This document shows, one piece after another, positions 1 to 8,059 of a stretch of DNA of 17,028 nucleotides (its first letter is position 1; each line of letters starts with the position of its first letter). Source of the DNA: a virus (taxonomy: Duplodnaviria > Heunggongvirae > Uroviricota > Caudoviricetes); IMG/VR virus record IMGVR_UViG_3300023174_000135; one strand, 5' to 3'. The notes under the pieces are model-generated. The model made no database searches. It saw only the letters and a program-made list of their open reading frames with translations, and had not been told where the DNA came from. A program made the position numbers and the translations under genes.

Positions 1-2
1 AA

Positions 3-362
3 CTTTCCCGATTAGTGGAACAAATTTATGTAATTGTTAAAAAAGATAAATTACATACATTTAAAACAAATAAAGAAATTTCAAAAATAAACGAAAAAAC
101 AGGACAAAAATTTTATAAAAATTATACGAATTTTGTTGAAGCAAAAAATAACGATGGAATTAAATGTGAGTTAAAGGCGTCATATTCAACCGATTTAGTA
201 TCAAAATTAATTGATATTTATTTTCCCAAAAATTCATTAATTTTTGATCCATTTTTAGGAATAGGAACCACAGCAGTTGCTTGTAAACAAAATGGATTAA
301 ATTATATTGGTTCCGAAATAAATGAAGAATTTTATAAAATAGGACAAAATAGATTAAAATAA
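3..362 (+). CDS. C-terminal part of an N4-cytosine/N6-adenine DNA methyltransferase (beta-type motif order), 5'-truncated by the window edge
   Basis: Frame is open from base 3 (LSRLVEQIY...). SAM-binding motif IFDPFLGIGTTAVA followed by YIGSEINEEF is typical of the C-terminus of N6_N4_Mtase proteins. The catalytic (D/S)PPY motif would lie upstream, outside the window. Confidence 0.8.
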   Translation, partial: LSRLVEQIYVIVKKDKLHTFKTNKEISKINEKTGQKFYKNYTNFVEAKNNDGIKCELKASYSTDLVSKLIDIYFPKNSLIFDPFLGIGTTAVACKQNGLNYIGSEINEEFYKIGQNRLK

Positions 363-379
363 ACTTAAATATATAATAT

Positions 380-583
380 ATGGGACATCAAATAATTTCT
401 TCGGACAATCCTGAAACTTTTATTAAAGAGGTATATTCTAAATTAGAAAAAGGATTTAAAATTTCTAGCAATATAGAAACTACTAAAAGAGAAAATAAAA
501 CTATAACTAGTGTTATTATGTATAAAAGTAGTGATACTAAACATAAAACAACTGAAGAAATACATGCTTCCTGGAATTTATAA
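380..583 (+). CDS. hypothetical protein (67 aa)
   Basis: ATG-started ORF fills the gap between neighbours and is preceded by AAATATATAATAT. No family recognised. Confidence 0.6.
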   Translation: MGHQIISSDNPETFIKEVYSKLEKGFKISSNIETTKRENKTITSVIMYKSSDTKHKTTEEIHASWNL

Positions 584-601
584 TTTTTAGCTTATATTCT
601 A

Positions 602-610
602 TAATATATA
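602..610 (+). promoter_or_regulatory. TAATATATA motif (putative phage late-type promoter)
   Basis: Exact TAATATATA 4 nt before ATG 615. The same 9-mer precedes five other starts in the window. Confidence 0.5.
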
Positions 611-614
611 AGTT

Positions 615-962
615 ATGAATATATTAGGCATTTTTTTTAATGTAAAATCTTGTATTAAACCAGAAGATTTTACATTATCCAGATTTAATTCTTTACTAAC
701 ACATCACACCAAAAAAAGAGATTATTTTTATTACTTTGAAGAATCTGCTTTAGATGATATAAATGATTTAATCTTAATTTTATTTCCTAAACGAATACCT
801 AAAAAAATAAAATTAAAATTAATTAATTGTGTAATTACTTACATGATATATGTAATTGTTAATTTCGAACATTATCCAGGTAAGAAAAAATTAAAAAATG
901 ATTATAATAGGATAATAAAAACTAATTTTGAAAAAATAGCAAGAGGCTTAAATAATACTTGA
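615..962 (+). CDS. hypothetical protein (115 aa)
   Basis: ORF bracketed by a TAATATATA motif and a terminator-like hairpin. No family recognised. Confidence 0.65.
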   Translation: MNILGIFFNVKSCIKPEDFTLSRFNSLLTHHTKKRDYFYYFEESALDDINDLILILFPKRIPKKIKLKLINCVITYMIYVIVNFEHYPGKKKLKNDYNRIIKTNFEKIARGLNNT

Positions 963-990
963 AAGCAACCATTAATGGTTGCTTTTTTTA
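962..990 (+). terminator. Rho-independent terminator
   Basis: AAAGCAACC-ATTAAT-GGTTGCTTT (a perfect 24-bp palindrome, 962-985) running into a T7 tract directly after the TGA stop. Confidence 0.8.
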
Positions 991-1031
991 TTTTAATATA
1001 AACAAAGGAGTAAAAACTTAATAAATATGGT

Positions 1032-1355
1032 ATGAAAGTTTATTTGATATCTTCGGAACTAAATAATCATACTTTATATAAAATAGGTATAACAAAACGA
1101 GCTGTCACAGATAGATTGAAAGAATTAAAAACTGGTAATGCAGCTACATTAAATATAGTTAATGTATTTGAATCACAATGGGCTTCTAAAATAGAATCGA
1201 ATCTTCACAAAAGATATAAAAATATCTCAGGTGAATGGTTTGATTTAACCGAAGATGAACTTAATAATTTCTTAAATGTGTGTAATATGGTTCATAATAA
1301 TTTTGAACTATTATCAAAAAATAATACATGGATTATTGATAAGAAAATATTGTGA
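1032..1355 (+). CDS. T5orf172/MUG113-type GIY-YIG superfamily protein (107 aa)
   Basis: Motifs VYLI...YKIGITKR...RLKELKTGN...IESNLHKRY...GEWFDL match the T5orf172/MUG113 pattern. Confidence 0.8.
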   Translation: MKVYLISSELNNHTLYKIGITKRAVTDRLKELKTGNAATLNIVNVFESQWASKIESNLHKRYKNISGEWFDLTEDELNNFLNVCNMVHNNFELLSKNNTWIIDKKIL

Positions 1356-2571
1356 TATATTTTATTTTATTTGGTAAATTTTCATCAAATTCAAAATTTT
1401 TATATCTTTTTATAAATTCTAAATATTGTTCTACATTATTATTTTTCTTTCCATATAATTTATGAAATAACTTATGCAATTCTTTATTAATAACTGCATA
1501 TTTGCATGATTTATGTAATTCATATAATTTATTTTTCATCAACATTAATTCATTTTCCGTATAATCGCATATTTTTGGATTTATTTTAATATTTAATTGT
1601 TTGAGCATATTTTCAAATAAAATATGAAAATTATCAATATGGTGAACAACAAGTTGACAATTAATTCCAGTAATTTCACATCTAAAACCACTTTCAACTA
1701 ATTTTTCTTTTTTCCAAGTATCTAATTTTCCTCTCATATTTTTTATTAATGGAGTTATACCTCCTTTCCATGTTGGACTATTTTTACCACATCTTTCAGC
1801 ACATAATTTGCAAGAGTTTTTAAGCATTTTTAAATTATTAAATGTTGTAAATTGGATCGTATTTTTATCACAATCACAAACAAAAGGTAATTTTTCGTGT
1901 GCATTAAAATTTGGATCTTTTTTTTCAAAAAGTGGTATTAAATTTCTTTTTTCAAAATAATTATAAATTTTTTCAGACATTTTAACATTATTTGACTTTG
2001 CTTTACAAATTCTGCAAGGAAATTTACATTTGGTTAAATTTAGTATAGTTGTTTTTCCTATAAAATCGTGTGTTTTACATTTAAATTTCAATTTTGATTT
2101 GTTCGAAGAATATTCACTAGGATTAAATAACGGTTCAATATTTTTTTCACTAAATAAATTATAAATATAATCTATACCTAACCTGTTTGTAATACCAGAT
2201 AGTTTAGCGGAATCATAATTATAATTAATATTATATCGTTTACTACCCCTTTGTGTATTTGCTGAGTTTTTATGGCCACAATCTATACATATATCTTTTC
2301 CATTATTTTTTTCTCTATCTCTTAAAAAATTATTATATTTTTTTAATACAATTTTTTTTAACCCATTTTCCAAACAATTATCACAATAAACTTCAATTTT
2401 TTGATCTGAACCATTTTTTAACATATTGACATTAATGGTTATTTTTTTACCATAATCAATAATTTCTTTTCCGTTTTTTATTATTTTCGGTATATTTAAA
2501 TTTTTAAATTTCAAATAGTGACCAATATTTCTTACAGTTAATATAACTTCTATATTTTCATCTTTAATCAT
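1333..2571 (-). CDS. free-standing HNH homing endonuclease with multiple Cys-based zinc-binding modules (~412 aa)
   Basis: C-terminal CEITG...VHHI...LHKLFHKLYG HNH-like core, WKGG motif, and CxxC pairs (CDNC, CIDC, CRIC, CKLC). Start moved to ATG 2571 (MIKDE) because the longer TTG start overlaps the TTTTAATATATA motif. Confidence 0.75.
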   Translation of the reverse strand: MIKDENIEVILTVRNIGHYLKFKNLNIPKIIKNGKEIIDYGKKITINVNMLKNGSDQKIEVYCDNCLENGLKKIVLKKYNNFLRDREKNNGKDICIDCGHKNSANTQRGSKRYNINYNYDSAKLSGITNRLGIDYIYNLFSEKNIEPLFNPSEYSSNKSKLKFKCKTHDFIGKTTILNLTKCKFPCRICKAKSNNVKMSEKIYNYFEKRNLIPLFEKKDPNFNAHEKLPFVCDCDKNTIQFTTFNNLKMLKNSCKLCAERCGKNSPTWKGGITPLIKNMRGKLDTWKKEKLVESGFRCEITGINCQLVVHHIDNFHILFENMLKQLNIKINPKICDYTENELMLMKNKLYELHKSCKYAVINKELHKLFHKLYGKKNNNVEQYLEFIKRYKNFEFDENLPNKIKYITIFSYQ

Positions 2572-2575
2572 ATAA

Positions 2576-2587
2576 TATATATTAAAA
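2576..2587 (-). promoter_or_regulatory. TTTTAATATATA motif upstream of the HNH gene
   Basis: Reverse-strand TTTTAATATATA, 4 nt before ATG 2571. Confidence 0.5.
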
Positions 2588-2664
2588 CCCAAATATGTAA
2601 TTTTATTAAAACTTCTGGTGAGAGGTTTGAATAAAAGTTATATATAATTAAATTATTTTAATAT

Positions 2665-2928
2665 ATGTATTATTCATTAAAAGAACAAGCAATCCGTGAT
2701 TATTTAATCAAAATTAATTTCAAAAATGATTGGAATTATAAAGTAATTGAAGAAGATATGAGAAAATTTCTTGGAGAAAGACCTTCATTAGAACCAACTT
2801 ATAAAAAAGATGTAATCTTAAATGAGGTTATGGGCGAAGCACAAGAAATTAAAAAGTTAGAAAAAATTGCTGTAATTTTTACAGATACGGATGATTCCAT
2901 CAAACGAATAGAATTTTTAATTGATTAA
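2665..2928 (+). CDS. hypothetical protein (87 aa)
   Basis: ORF preceded by TTATATATAA (2638-2647) and TTTTAATAT-ATG, and abutting the next gene. Confidence 0.7.
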   Translation: MYYSLKEQAIRDYLIKINFKNDWNYKVIEEDMRKFLGERPSLEPTYKKDVILNEVMGEAQEIKKLEKIAVIFTDTDDSIKRIEFLID

Positions 2929-3195
2929 ATGGAATTTTCTGTTTCTATATTAGATTATTTAGGAAAACTAAATAATGGAGTATTGGTATTATTATCAATA
3001 ATGTATAAAGAAAAATATTTTGAATCTACTTTTTTTTATACTAAAACCGATATTTTATTAACTTTATCCGAACAATTAGAAGCTGAAATAGGATATAACA
3101 TAGAAGAACATCCTGATTATATAAATTTATTAAGAGAAATTTTGAAAAAAATATCTCCTTATGATGAAGTATATAATCAACTTAAAGTGTTATAA
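2929..3195 (+). CDS. hypothetical protein (88 aa)
   Basis: ATG immediately follows the previous TAA, suggesting coupling. No family recognised. Confidence 0.7.
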   Translation: MEFSVSILDYLGKLNNGVLVLLSIMYKEKYFESTFFYTKTDILLTLSEQLEAEIGYNIEEHPDYINLLREILKKISPYDEVYNQLKVL

Positions 3196-3218
3196 CTTTG
3201 TTAAAACAAAAAAACTTT

Positions 3219-3248
3219 TTTGTTTTTTGAATTTTTTTTGTAATTTTG
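3219..3248 (+). promoter_or_regulatory. Bacteroidota-type housekeeping-sigma promoter
   Basis: TTTG(3219-3222)-N18-TAATTTTG(3241-3248) fits the -33 TTTG / -7 TAnnTTTG consensus, 15 nt before ATG 3264. Confidence 0.65.
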
Positions 3249-3263
3249 TGTAAAATTAATTCT

Positions 3264-5006
3264 ATGCGAAGTTATAATCAAGGCAGCAAATGCCAAGAAC
3301 ATTTTGGCGACTGGACACAGGCACAATTAGATGCCATGAATCCTAAACAACTTATTAATATAATTAAGAACTTTCAGAAAGTTGATAATTTAATTATCAT
3401 GACTGATAGTTATAAAATGACACACCATCTGGCTTTACCAGATAATCTACAAGAATCTTATGCTTATCTTGAAGCAAGAGGTGGTGAAATGCCTTATACA
3501 ACACTTGCTTTACTTCAATACTATATTAAACGGTATTTAGCAGGAGTTCGTATTACCCCTGAAAAAATTGAAGAGGCACGACAAAAAAATATTGCACATT
3601 TTGGTTTTGATTGTTTCAATTCTGATATGTGGTATTATATTTGGGAAAATCATGGTGGAAAACTTCCACTTGAAATTAAAGCAGTTCCAGAAGGCACACC
3701 AGTTGCGATTAAGAATGTTTTAATGACAATTAAAAATACAGATACAACTACTGATAAATGTGCGCCACTTGTAAATATAATTGAAACTTTACTTCTTAAA
3801 GTATGGGCTCCTAATACGGTAGCAACCTACTCAAGAGTTGTTCGCACATTAATCTTTAAATATCACCAATTATCTTCTGAAGCTCCATTATACTTAATTA
3901 ATTTTATGCATCATGATTTTGGTTATCGTGGTGTTAGTTCAGAAGAAACAGCACGTATTCTTGGAGCAGCTGCACTTTCATCTGGGTTTGTTGGCACAGA
4001 TACAATGGGTGCTTTAGTTTTAGCAAACGACTATTATAATGAACCAATGGCTGGATTTAGCGTAATAGCAACAGAACATAGTGTTGTTTGTTCTTATGGC
4101 GCAAGAGAAAAAGAGCTTGATGCTTATTTAACTATTATTGAAAAAGTTAAAAAACATTGCGCCAATGTCAATCCATTATCAGGTGTAATTATCTTATCAT
4201 TAGTTAGTGATACTTATAACATATATAATGTATGTAAAAGAATACTTCCTCAATTAAGAGAACATTTTATTGATTGGAGAAACAACAATGGCATTCCAAT
4301 TAAAATTGTAATTCGTCCTGATTCTGGTGATCCAGCAACCGTTTTATTTGGTTATAATCATTCTGGATATCATGCTTATGATTTAAAAACTTTAGAAACT
4401 ATTAATAGAATTGCATTAGATATGAATATAGCTGATGTTGAGGCTGGAGAATTAGTTAATAAAGGAATTTTTAAAATTCTTTTTGATGAATTTGGCTATA
4501 CAACCAATGGAAAAGGATTTAAAGTTTTTCATCCACAAATAGGTGTTTTACAAGGTGATGGTGTTCATTACAATATGATGAAAAACATGTATGATATTAT
4601 GATCAGACAAAAATTAGATATCATGAATTTAGTTTTTGGTTCTGGTGGTAAATATCTTCAAACACACGACAGAGATGAACAAGGTTATGCTACAAAGGTT
4701 ATACATGTTATTATTGATAACGAGAGTATATGTGTACAGAAAAATCCAATAACTGATGCAGCTAAAAAATCTAAAAAAGGTTATTTAAAACTTGTTCGCA
4801 CTGGACCTACTTGGAAAGATTTCATCACACTTCAATCTGATGATCCTGGTTTTGATGAAGCTGAAGATTTCTTACAAACTGTATTCTTAAACGGTGAATT
4901 GGTTCTTGAATATGATTTTTCTGATTTAAGAAAAAATTCAGAAATCTTACCAGAAGAATATGCTTTATTACCTGAAGAAATTGAAAAATTTGAATTTCAG
5001 GATTAA
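3264..5006 (+). CDS. nadV: nicotinamide phosphoribosyltransferase family protein (Nampt/NadV, ~580 aa)
   Basis: Contains TDSYK, HDFGYRGVSS, GTDT, ATEHS (phospho-His), SDTY, IRPDSGDP, QGDGV, FGSGG, DRD and KSKKG. Asp of GTDT (equivalent to human D219) favours nicotinamide. Start moved to ATG 3264 because TTG 3246 lies inside the -7 promoter box. Confidence 0.92.
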   Translation: MRSYNQGSKCQEHFGDWTQAQLDAMNPKQLINIIKNFQKVDNLIIMTDSYKMTHHLALPDNLQESYAYLEARGGEMPYTTLALLQYYIKRYLAGVRITPEKIEEARQKNIAHFGFDCFNSDMWYYIWENHGGKLPLEIKAVPEGTPVAIKNVLMTIKNTDTTTDKCAPLVNIIETLLLKVWAPNTVATYSRVVRTLIFKYHQLSSEAPLYLINFMHHDFGYRGVSSEETARILGAAALSSGFVGTDTMGALVLANDYYNEPMAGFSVIATEHSVVCSYGAREKELDAYLTIIEKVKKHCANVNPLSGVIILSLVSDTYNIYNVCKRILPQLREHFIDWRNNNGIPIKIVIRPDSGDPATVLFGYNHSGYHAYDLKTLETINRIALDMNIADVEAGELVNKGIFKILFDEFGYTTNGKGFKVFHPQIGVLQGDGVHYNMMKNMYDIMIRQKLDIMNLVFGSGGKYLQTHDRDEQGYATKVIHVIIDNESICVQKNPITDAAKKSKKGYLKLVRTGPTWKDFITLQSDDPGFDEAEDFLQTVFLNGELVLEYDFSDLRKNSEILPEEYALLPEEIEKFEFQD

Positions 5007-5015
5007 AAAATAACT

Positions 5016-5048
5016 TTTAGCCCTATATAACAGTTATATAGGGCTAAA
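5016..5048. repeat. 33-bp inverted repeat (16-bp perfect arms, 1-nt spacer), terminator or operator
   Basis: TTTAGCCCTATATAAC-A-GTTATATAGGGCTAAA between the nadV stop and ATG 5055, without a clean T-tract. Confidence 0.85.
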
Positions 5049-5054
5049 TTTCTT

Positions 5055-5270
5055 ATGAAAGCAGTTTTTATAGATGAAGTAAATTATATGGGTTCTGGCA
5101 ACCAATTTTTTACCTTACATAAAATCTATGATGTTGAACAATCAGATATATTAGATAACTTATATAAGGTTGAAAATGATAAAGGATTTTATGTAAATGT
5201 CAAAAAAACAAGATTTATGCCTTTGTATGAATGGCGAAATAATCAAATTGACGAAATTTTAAAAGATTAA
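5055..5270 (+). CDS. hypothetical protein (71 aa)
   Basis: ATG ORF ending 2 nt before apt, with C-terminal EWRNNQIDEILKD. No family confidently recognised. Confidence 0.7.
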   Translation: MKAVFIDEVNYMGSGNQFFTLHKIYDVEQSDILDNLYKVENDKGFYVNVKKTRFMPLYEWRNNQIDEILKD

Positions 5271-5272
5271 CA

Positions 5273-5809
5273 ATGGAATTATCACAATACCAATTAGAAC
5301 TATTTGAATCTTTAACAGAAAAATATCCTGATTTCCCAATAAAAGGAATTACATTTAAAGACCTTTCATTATTATATACATCAACTGAAGCTTTATCACA
5401 TCTTGAAATACTCATATTGCGTGATTTAGGTCCACTTTATCCCGATTGTGTAATAGGATGTGATGCCAGAGGGTTTATATTAGGAACAATTGTTGCTCGT
5501 TGTTTGGATATACCATTAGTTTTAGCAAGGAAATCTGGTAAATTACCAGGTGTTTTATTATCTAAAAAATATGGTTTAGAATATGGTTCAGCAGAATTAC
5601 AAATGCATAAACATATTATTACTAAATATAAATCACCTATAATTGCGGATGATGTATTAGCAACTGGCGGAACAGTTTTAGCAATAACAGATATGTTAAA
5701 AGAGGTTAATATTATACCAAATTCATTTTTCTTTTTGTCAGAAATTATGGATTTAAATGCAAGGGAAAAATTAGAACAAATTGCACCTGTATTTTCGATC
5801 TTAAAATAA
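5273..5809 (+). CDS. apt: adenine phosphoribosyltransferase
   Basis: YPDFPIKGITFKD, DARGF, RKSGKLPG, YGLEYG and the PRPP-binding loop ADDVLATGGT are the Apt signature set. Confidence 0.92.
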   Translation: MELSQYQLELFESLTEKYPDFPIKGITFKDLSLLYTSTEALSHLEILILRDLGPLYPDCVIGCDARGFILGTIVARCLDIPLVLARKSGKLPGVLLSKKYGLEYGSAELQMHKHIITKYKSPIIADDVLATGGTVLAITDMLKEVNIIPNSFFFLSEIMDLNAREKLEQIAPVFSILK

Positions 5810-5820
5810 TTGAAGGAAAA

Positions 5821-5829
5821 TAATATATA
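5821..5829 (+). promoter_or_regulatory. TAATATATA motif
   Basis: Exact motif 5 nt before ATG 5835. Confidence 0.5.
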
Positions 5830-5834
5830 CTTTT

Positions 5835-6407
5835 ATGAAGTATTTAAAGTTTTTCGAAAATTACGATTTTAATGATTTATTAGCTGTTAATTTATCTAAC
5901 AATAAAATTAAAGATTTAATAGACACTAGATTTTTAAATGAAGAATTTAAATCGGTATATGGTGCAACCAATTATCCAGAAATGGATGTAAATGAAACTA
6001 TAATTGAAAGAAAAAAAGATAATAAAGTTCCATATTTACAAATTGGAATTGGTTTAGAATCTCTTTTTGAGTTTGAAAAATCTCCAAAAGGTTTAGAAGA
6101 ATTAAAAAAACATTTACTTGGTGGTAAAATTTTAAAACCAAAAAAAAATGGAGATGATAAAAATAAAAATAGAATTTTTCCATCTTTAACAATTGATATA
6201 CTTTTAACAATACATAATGAACAATTATTTTGTATGATTGATGGTGATTTCACACTTTTTGTAGGTGATTTTCCTTTGATAAACCATAGTGTCGAAAAAA
6301 AGAAATATGTTAAATTTAACACCGATGTTGAAATGCTTTTAATAGATGTTTTAAATAATTTAAACATTTATACCATATACGAAATTCAAGAATTAAACAA
6401 AGATTAA
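5835..6407 (+). CDS. hypothetical protein with MKYLKFFENY N-terminal tag (190 aa)
   Basis: Full ORF between apt and rpe. The N-terminus resembles other tagged proteins in the window, and there is an internal FLNE. Confidence 0.75.
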   Translation: MKYLKFFENYDFNDLLAVNLSNNKIKDLIDTRFLNEEFKSVYGATNYPEMDVNETIIERKKDNKVPYLQIGIGLESLFEFEKSPKGLEELKKHLLGGKILKPKKNGDDKNKNRIFPSLTIDILLTIHNEQLFCMIDGDFTLFVGDFPLINHSVEKKKYVKFNTDVEMLLIDVLNNLNIYTIYEIQELNKD

Positions 6408-6408
6408 T

Positions 6409-7041
6409 ATGATTATCGCCCCATCTTTATTATCCGCTAATTTTCTTAATTTAGCAGATGATATAAAAATGATTAACGATTCACAAGCTGAATGGGTCCA
6501 CTTAGATGTAATTGATGGACAATTTGCACCAAATATAACATTTGGCATTCCTGTAATAGAAGCAGTTAGAAAAGCAACTGATAAATTTTTAGATGCACAT
6601 TTAATGATTAATAATCCAGAAAATATGATAGATGCTTTCATAAAAGCTGGAGTTGATTCAATTACGGTTCATTATGAAGCTTGTACACATTTACATCGTG
6701 TTATTCAACAAATAAAATCATATGGCATTAAAGCAGCTGTGGCTTTAAATCCTCATACATCAGTGCAATCATTAGAGAATATTATTGATGATGTTGATAT
6801 GGTATTACTTATGAGTGTGAATCCAGGATTTTCAGGTCAAAAGTTTATTGATTTTACCTATGAGAAATTATTAAAATTAAGAAAAATATCACATCATACT
6901 TTAATTCAAATTGATGGTGGTGTATCATTAGATAATATAGAAAAATTAAAGTTATATGGCGCTAATTGCGTTGTAGCTGGAAATGCAGTATTTAAATCAC
7001 AAAATCCTTTAGAAACTATTAATAAAATGGCTTCATTATGA
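6409..7041 (+). CDS. rpe: ribulose-phosphate 3-epimerase
   Basis: IAPSLLSANF, HLDVIDG, PNITFG, DAHLMI, HYEACTHLHR, LMSVNPGF.GQKF, QIDGG and VAGNAVF, with metal ligands His/Asp/His/Asp present. HYEACTHLHR resembles Bacteroidota Rpe as I recall it. Confidence 0.95.
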   Translation: MIIAPSLLSANFLNLADDIKMINDSQAEWVHLDVIDGQFAPNITFGIPVIEAVRKATDKFLDAHLMINNPENMIDAFIKAGVDSITVHYEACTHLHRVIQQIKSYGIKAAVALNPHTSVQSLENIIDDVDMVLLMSVNPGFSGQKFIDFTYEKLLKLRKISHHTLIQIDGGVSLDNIEKLKLYGANCVVAGNAVFKSQNPLETINKMASL

Positions 7042-7445
7042 GTTATAATCTTTTTTTAGACGACAATTTTACACCTGAACAAATTGCTAATTTACCAAAA
7101 ACTCCTGTTGCAAATAAATCAAAATATAGGAATTTTAATTGGTTAATAACCAAAACATATGACGAATTTGTTAAAATAATTACCGAAAATGGACTACCAG
7201 AATATGTTTCATTTGATCATGATTTATCACCAGAACATTATGAAATGTTATTAAATGATGAAAATTGGAATAAATCAGATGATGAAATTGAAATTGATTA
7301 TTCTTTATTTCAAGAAAAAACTGGCTGGCATGCAGCTAAATGGTTAATTAAATATTGCAATAAAGAAAAACAAGAATTACCAATATGCTTGGTTCATTCT
7401 CAAAATTCAGTCGGACATAAAAATATAATTAATCTTCTTTTTTAG
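7038..7445 (+). CDS. cyclic-phosphate processing receiver-like domain protein (135 aa)
   Basis: LFLDD...TYDEF..I...GLP.YVSFDHDL...KTGW.AAKWL...VHSQNSVG..NI matches the stand-alone receiver family with DHDL. ATGA overlap with the rpe stop. Confidence 0.75.
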   Translation: MSYNLFLDDNFTPEQIANLPKTPVANKSKYRNFNWLITKTYDEFVKIITENGLPEYVSFDHDLSPEHYEMLLNDENWNKSDDEIEIDYSLFQEKTGWHAAKWLIKYCNKEKQELPICLVHSQNSVGHKNIINLLF

Positions 7446-7617
7446 TTTCTGGTAATCTAACTTCATTACCAACAAAACTAATTCCATGCATTTCTTTTGC
7501 ATTAAAAACTGGAGCAGCTTCTTTTTTAGTTGGCTGCGGCATTAAATCATCAGTTTTAATGTTTAATTCTTCGGAATTAAGAGATTTATATTGATCATAT
7601 GTTTTTAATCTTTGCAT
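7429..7617 (-). CDS. hypothetical protein with MQRLKTYDQY N-terminal tag (62 aa)
   Basis: ATG start with TTAATATATA 23 nt upstream and a tag-like N-terminus. 17-nt convergent overlap with the receiver gene. Confidence 0.6.
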   Translation of the reverse strand: MQRLKTYDQYKSLNSEELNIKTDDLMPQPTKKEAAPVFNAKEMHGISFVGNEVRLPETKKED

Positions 7618-7640
7618 AATAAAAATAATTTTTAATAAAC

Positions 7641-7650
7641 TATATATTAA
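7641..7650 (-). promoter_or_regulatory. TTAATATATA motif
   Basis: Reverse-strand exact motif in the divergent gap, oriented towards ORF 7617. Confidence 0.45.
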
Positions 7651-7651
7651 A

Positions 7652-8059
7652 ATGGAAAAGGACGAACTTTTAATGAATCAAATTCTGTTTTACAGAAAAA
7701 AATATTCAGAAAAATTGGAAGAATTAAATAAAGATTTAAATAAAAATCATATTACTTCTTATGATTTTAAATGTGCTAAAAATGGTTTACTTGGTAGAAT
7801 TAGTACACTTAACTCATTAATAGATTTAAATGACAAAACAAAAATAATAGATTTAATTTTTGATAAATTTAATGTATTTAACAATAGTTTAAAAACATTA
7901 AAAATTAATTTCTTGGATAAAAATGATAAAAATTTGGATATATTCCATTTATTACATGGATCGTGTATAGTATTACTTCTTTTAATGACGGTTTCCGACA
8001 ATCCTTTATCTTGTTGTCCTGAAAACAAAAAATTCTTTGATATAAAAAAGGTTGCTTAA
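7652..8059 (+). CDS. hypothetical protein (135 aa)
   Basis: ATG ORF whose TAA lies in the central part of the 8040-8075 hairpin. Confidence 0.65.
   Translation: MEKDELLMNQILFYRKKYSEKLEELNKDLNKNHITSYDFKCAKNGLLGRISTLNSLIDLNDKTKIIDLIFDKFNVFNNSLKTLKINFLDKNDKNLDIFHLLHGSCIVLLLLMTVSDNPLSCCPENKKFFDIKKVA

Noticed and set aside
1004-1034. AAAGGAG Shine-Dalgarno and an ATG-GTA-TGA mini-ORF before gene 1032
   Set aside because: The SD is about 21 nt from the ATG, too far to function, and the two-codon overlap is expected by chance.
3246-3263. Longest-ORF TTG starts at 3246, 2592, 9337 and 15855
   Set aside because: Each extension runs through a predicted promoter box and encodes atypical sequence, so downstream ATGs (3264, 2571, 9304, 15912) were preferred.
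5235-5270. C-terminal WRNNQIDEIL tail as a second targeting motif
   Set aside because: Only one copy is in the window. My recollection of similar tails in large phages cannot be verified here.
3264-5809. Complete NARP1 or NARP2 pathway
   Set aside because: No Adps/Prs-like or Nmnat-like ORF is in the window. The neighbouring PRTase has Apt-specific motifs.
5215-6641. Minus-strand ORFs 5215-5415, 5972-6367, 5998-6210 and 6393-6641
   Set aside because: Antisense shadows of better-supported genes (orf71/apt, orf190, rpe), with F/S/I/L-biased composition and no motifs.
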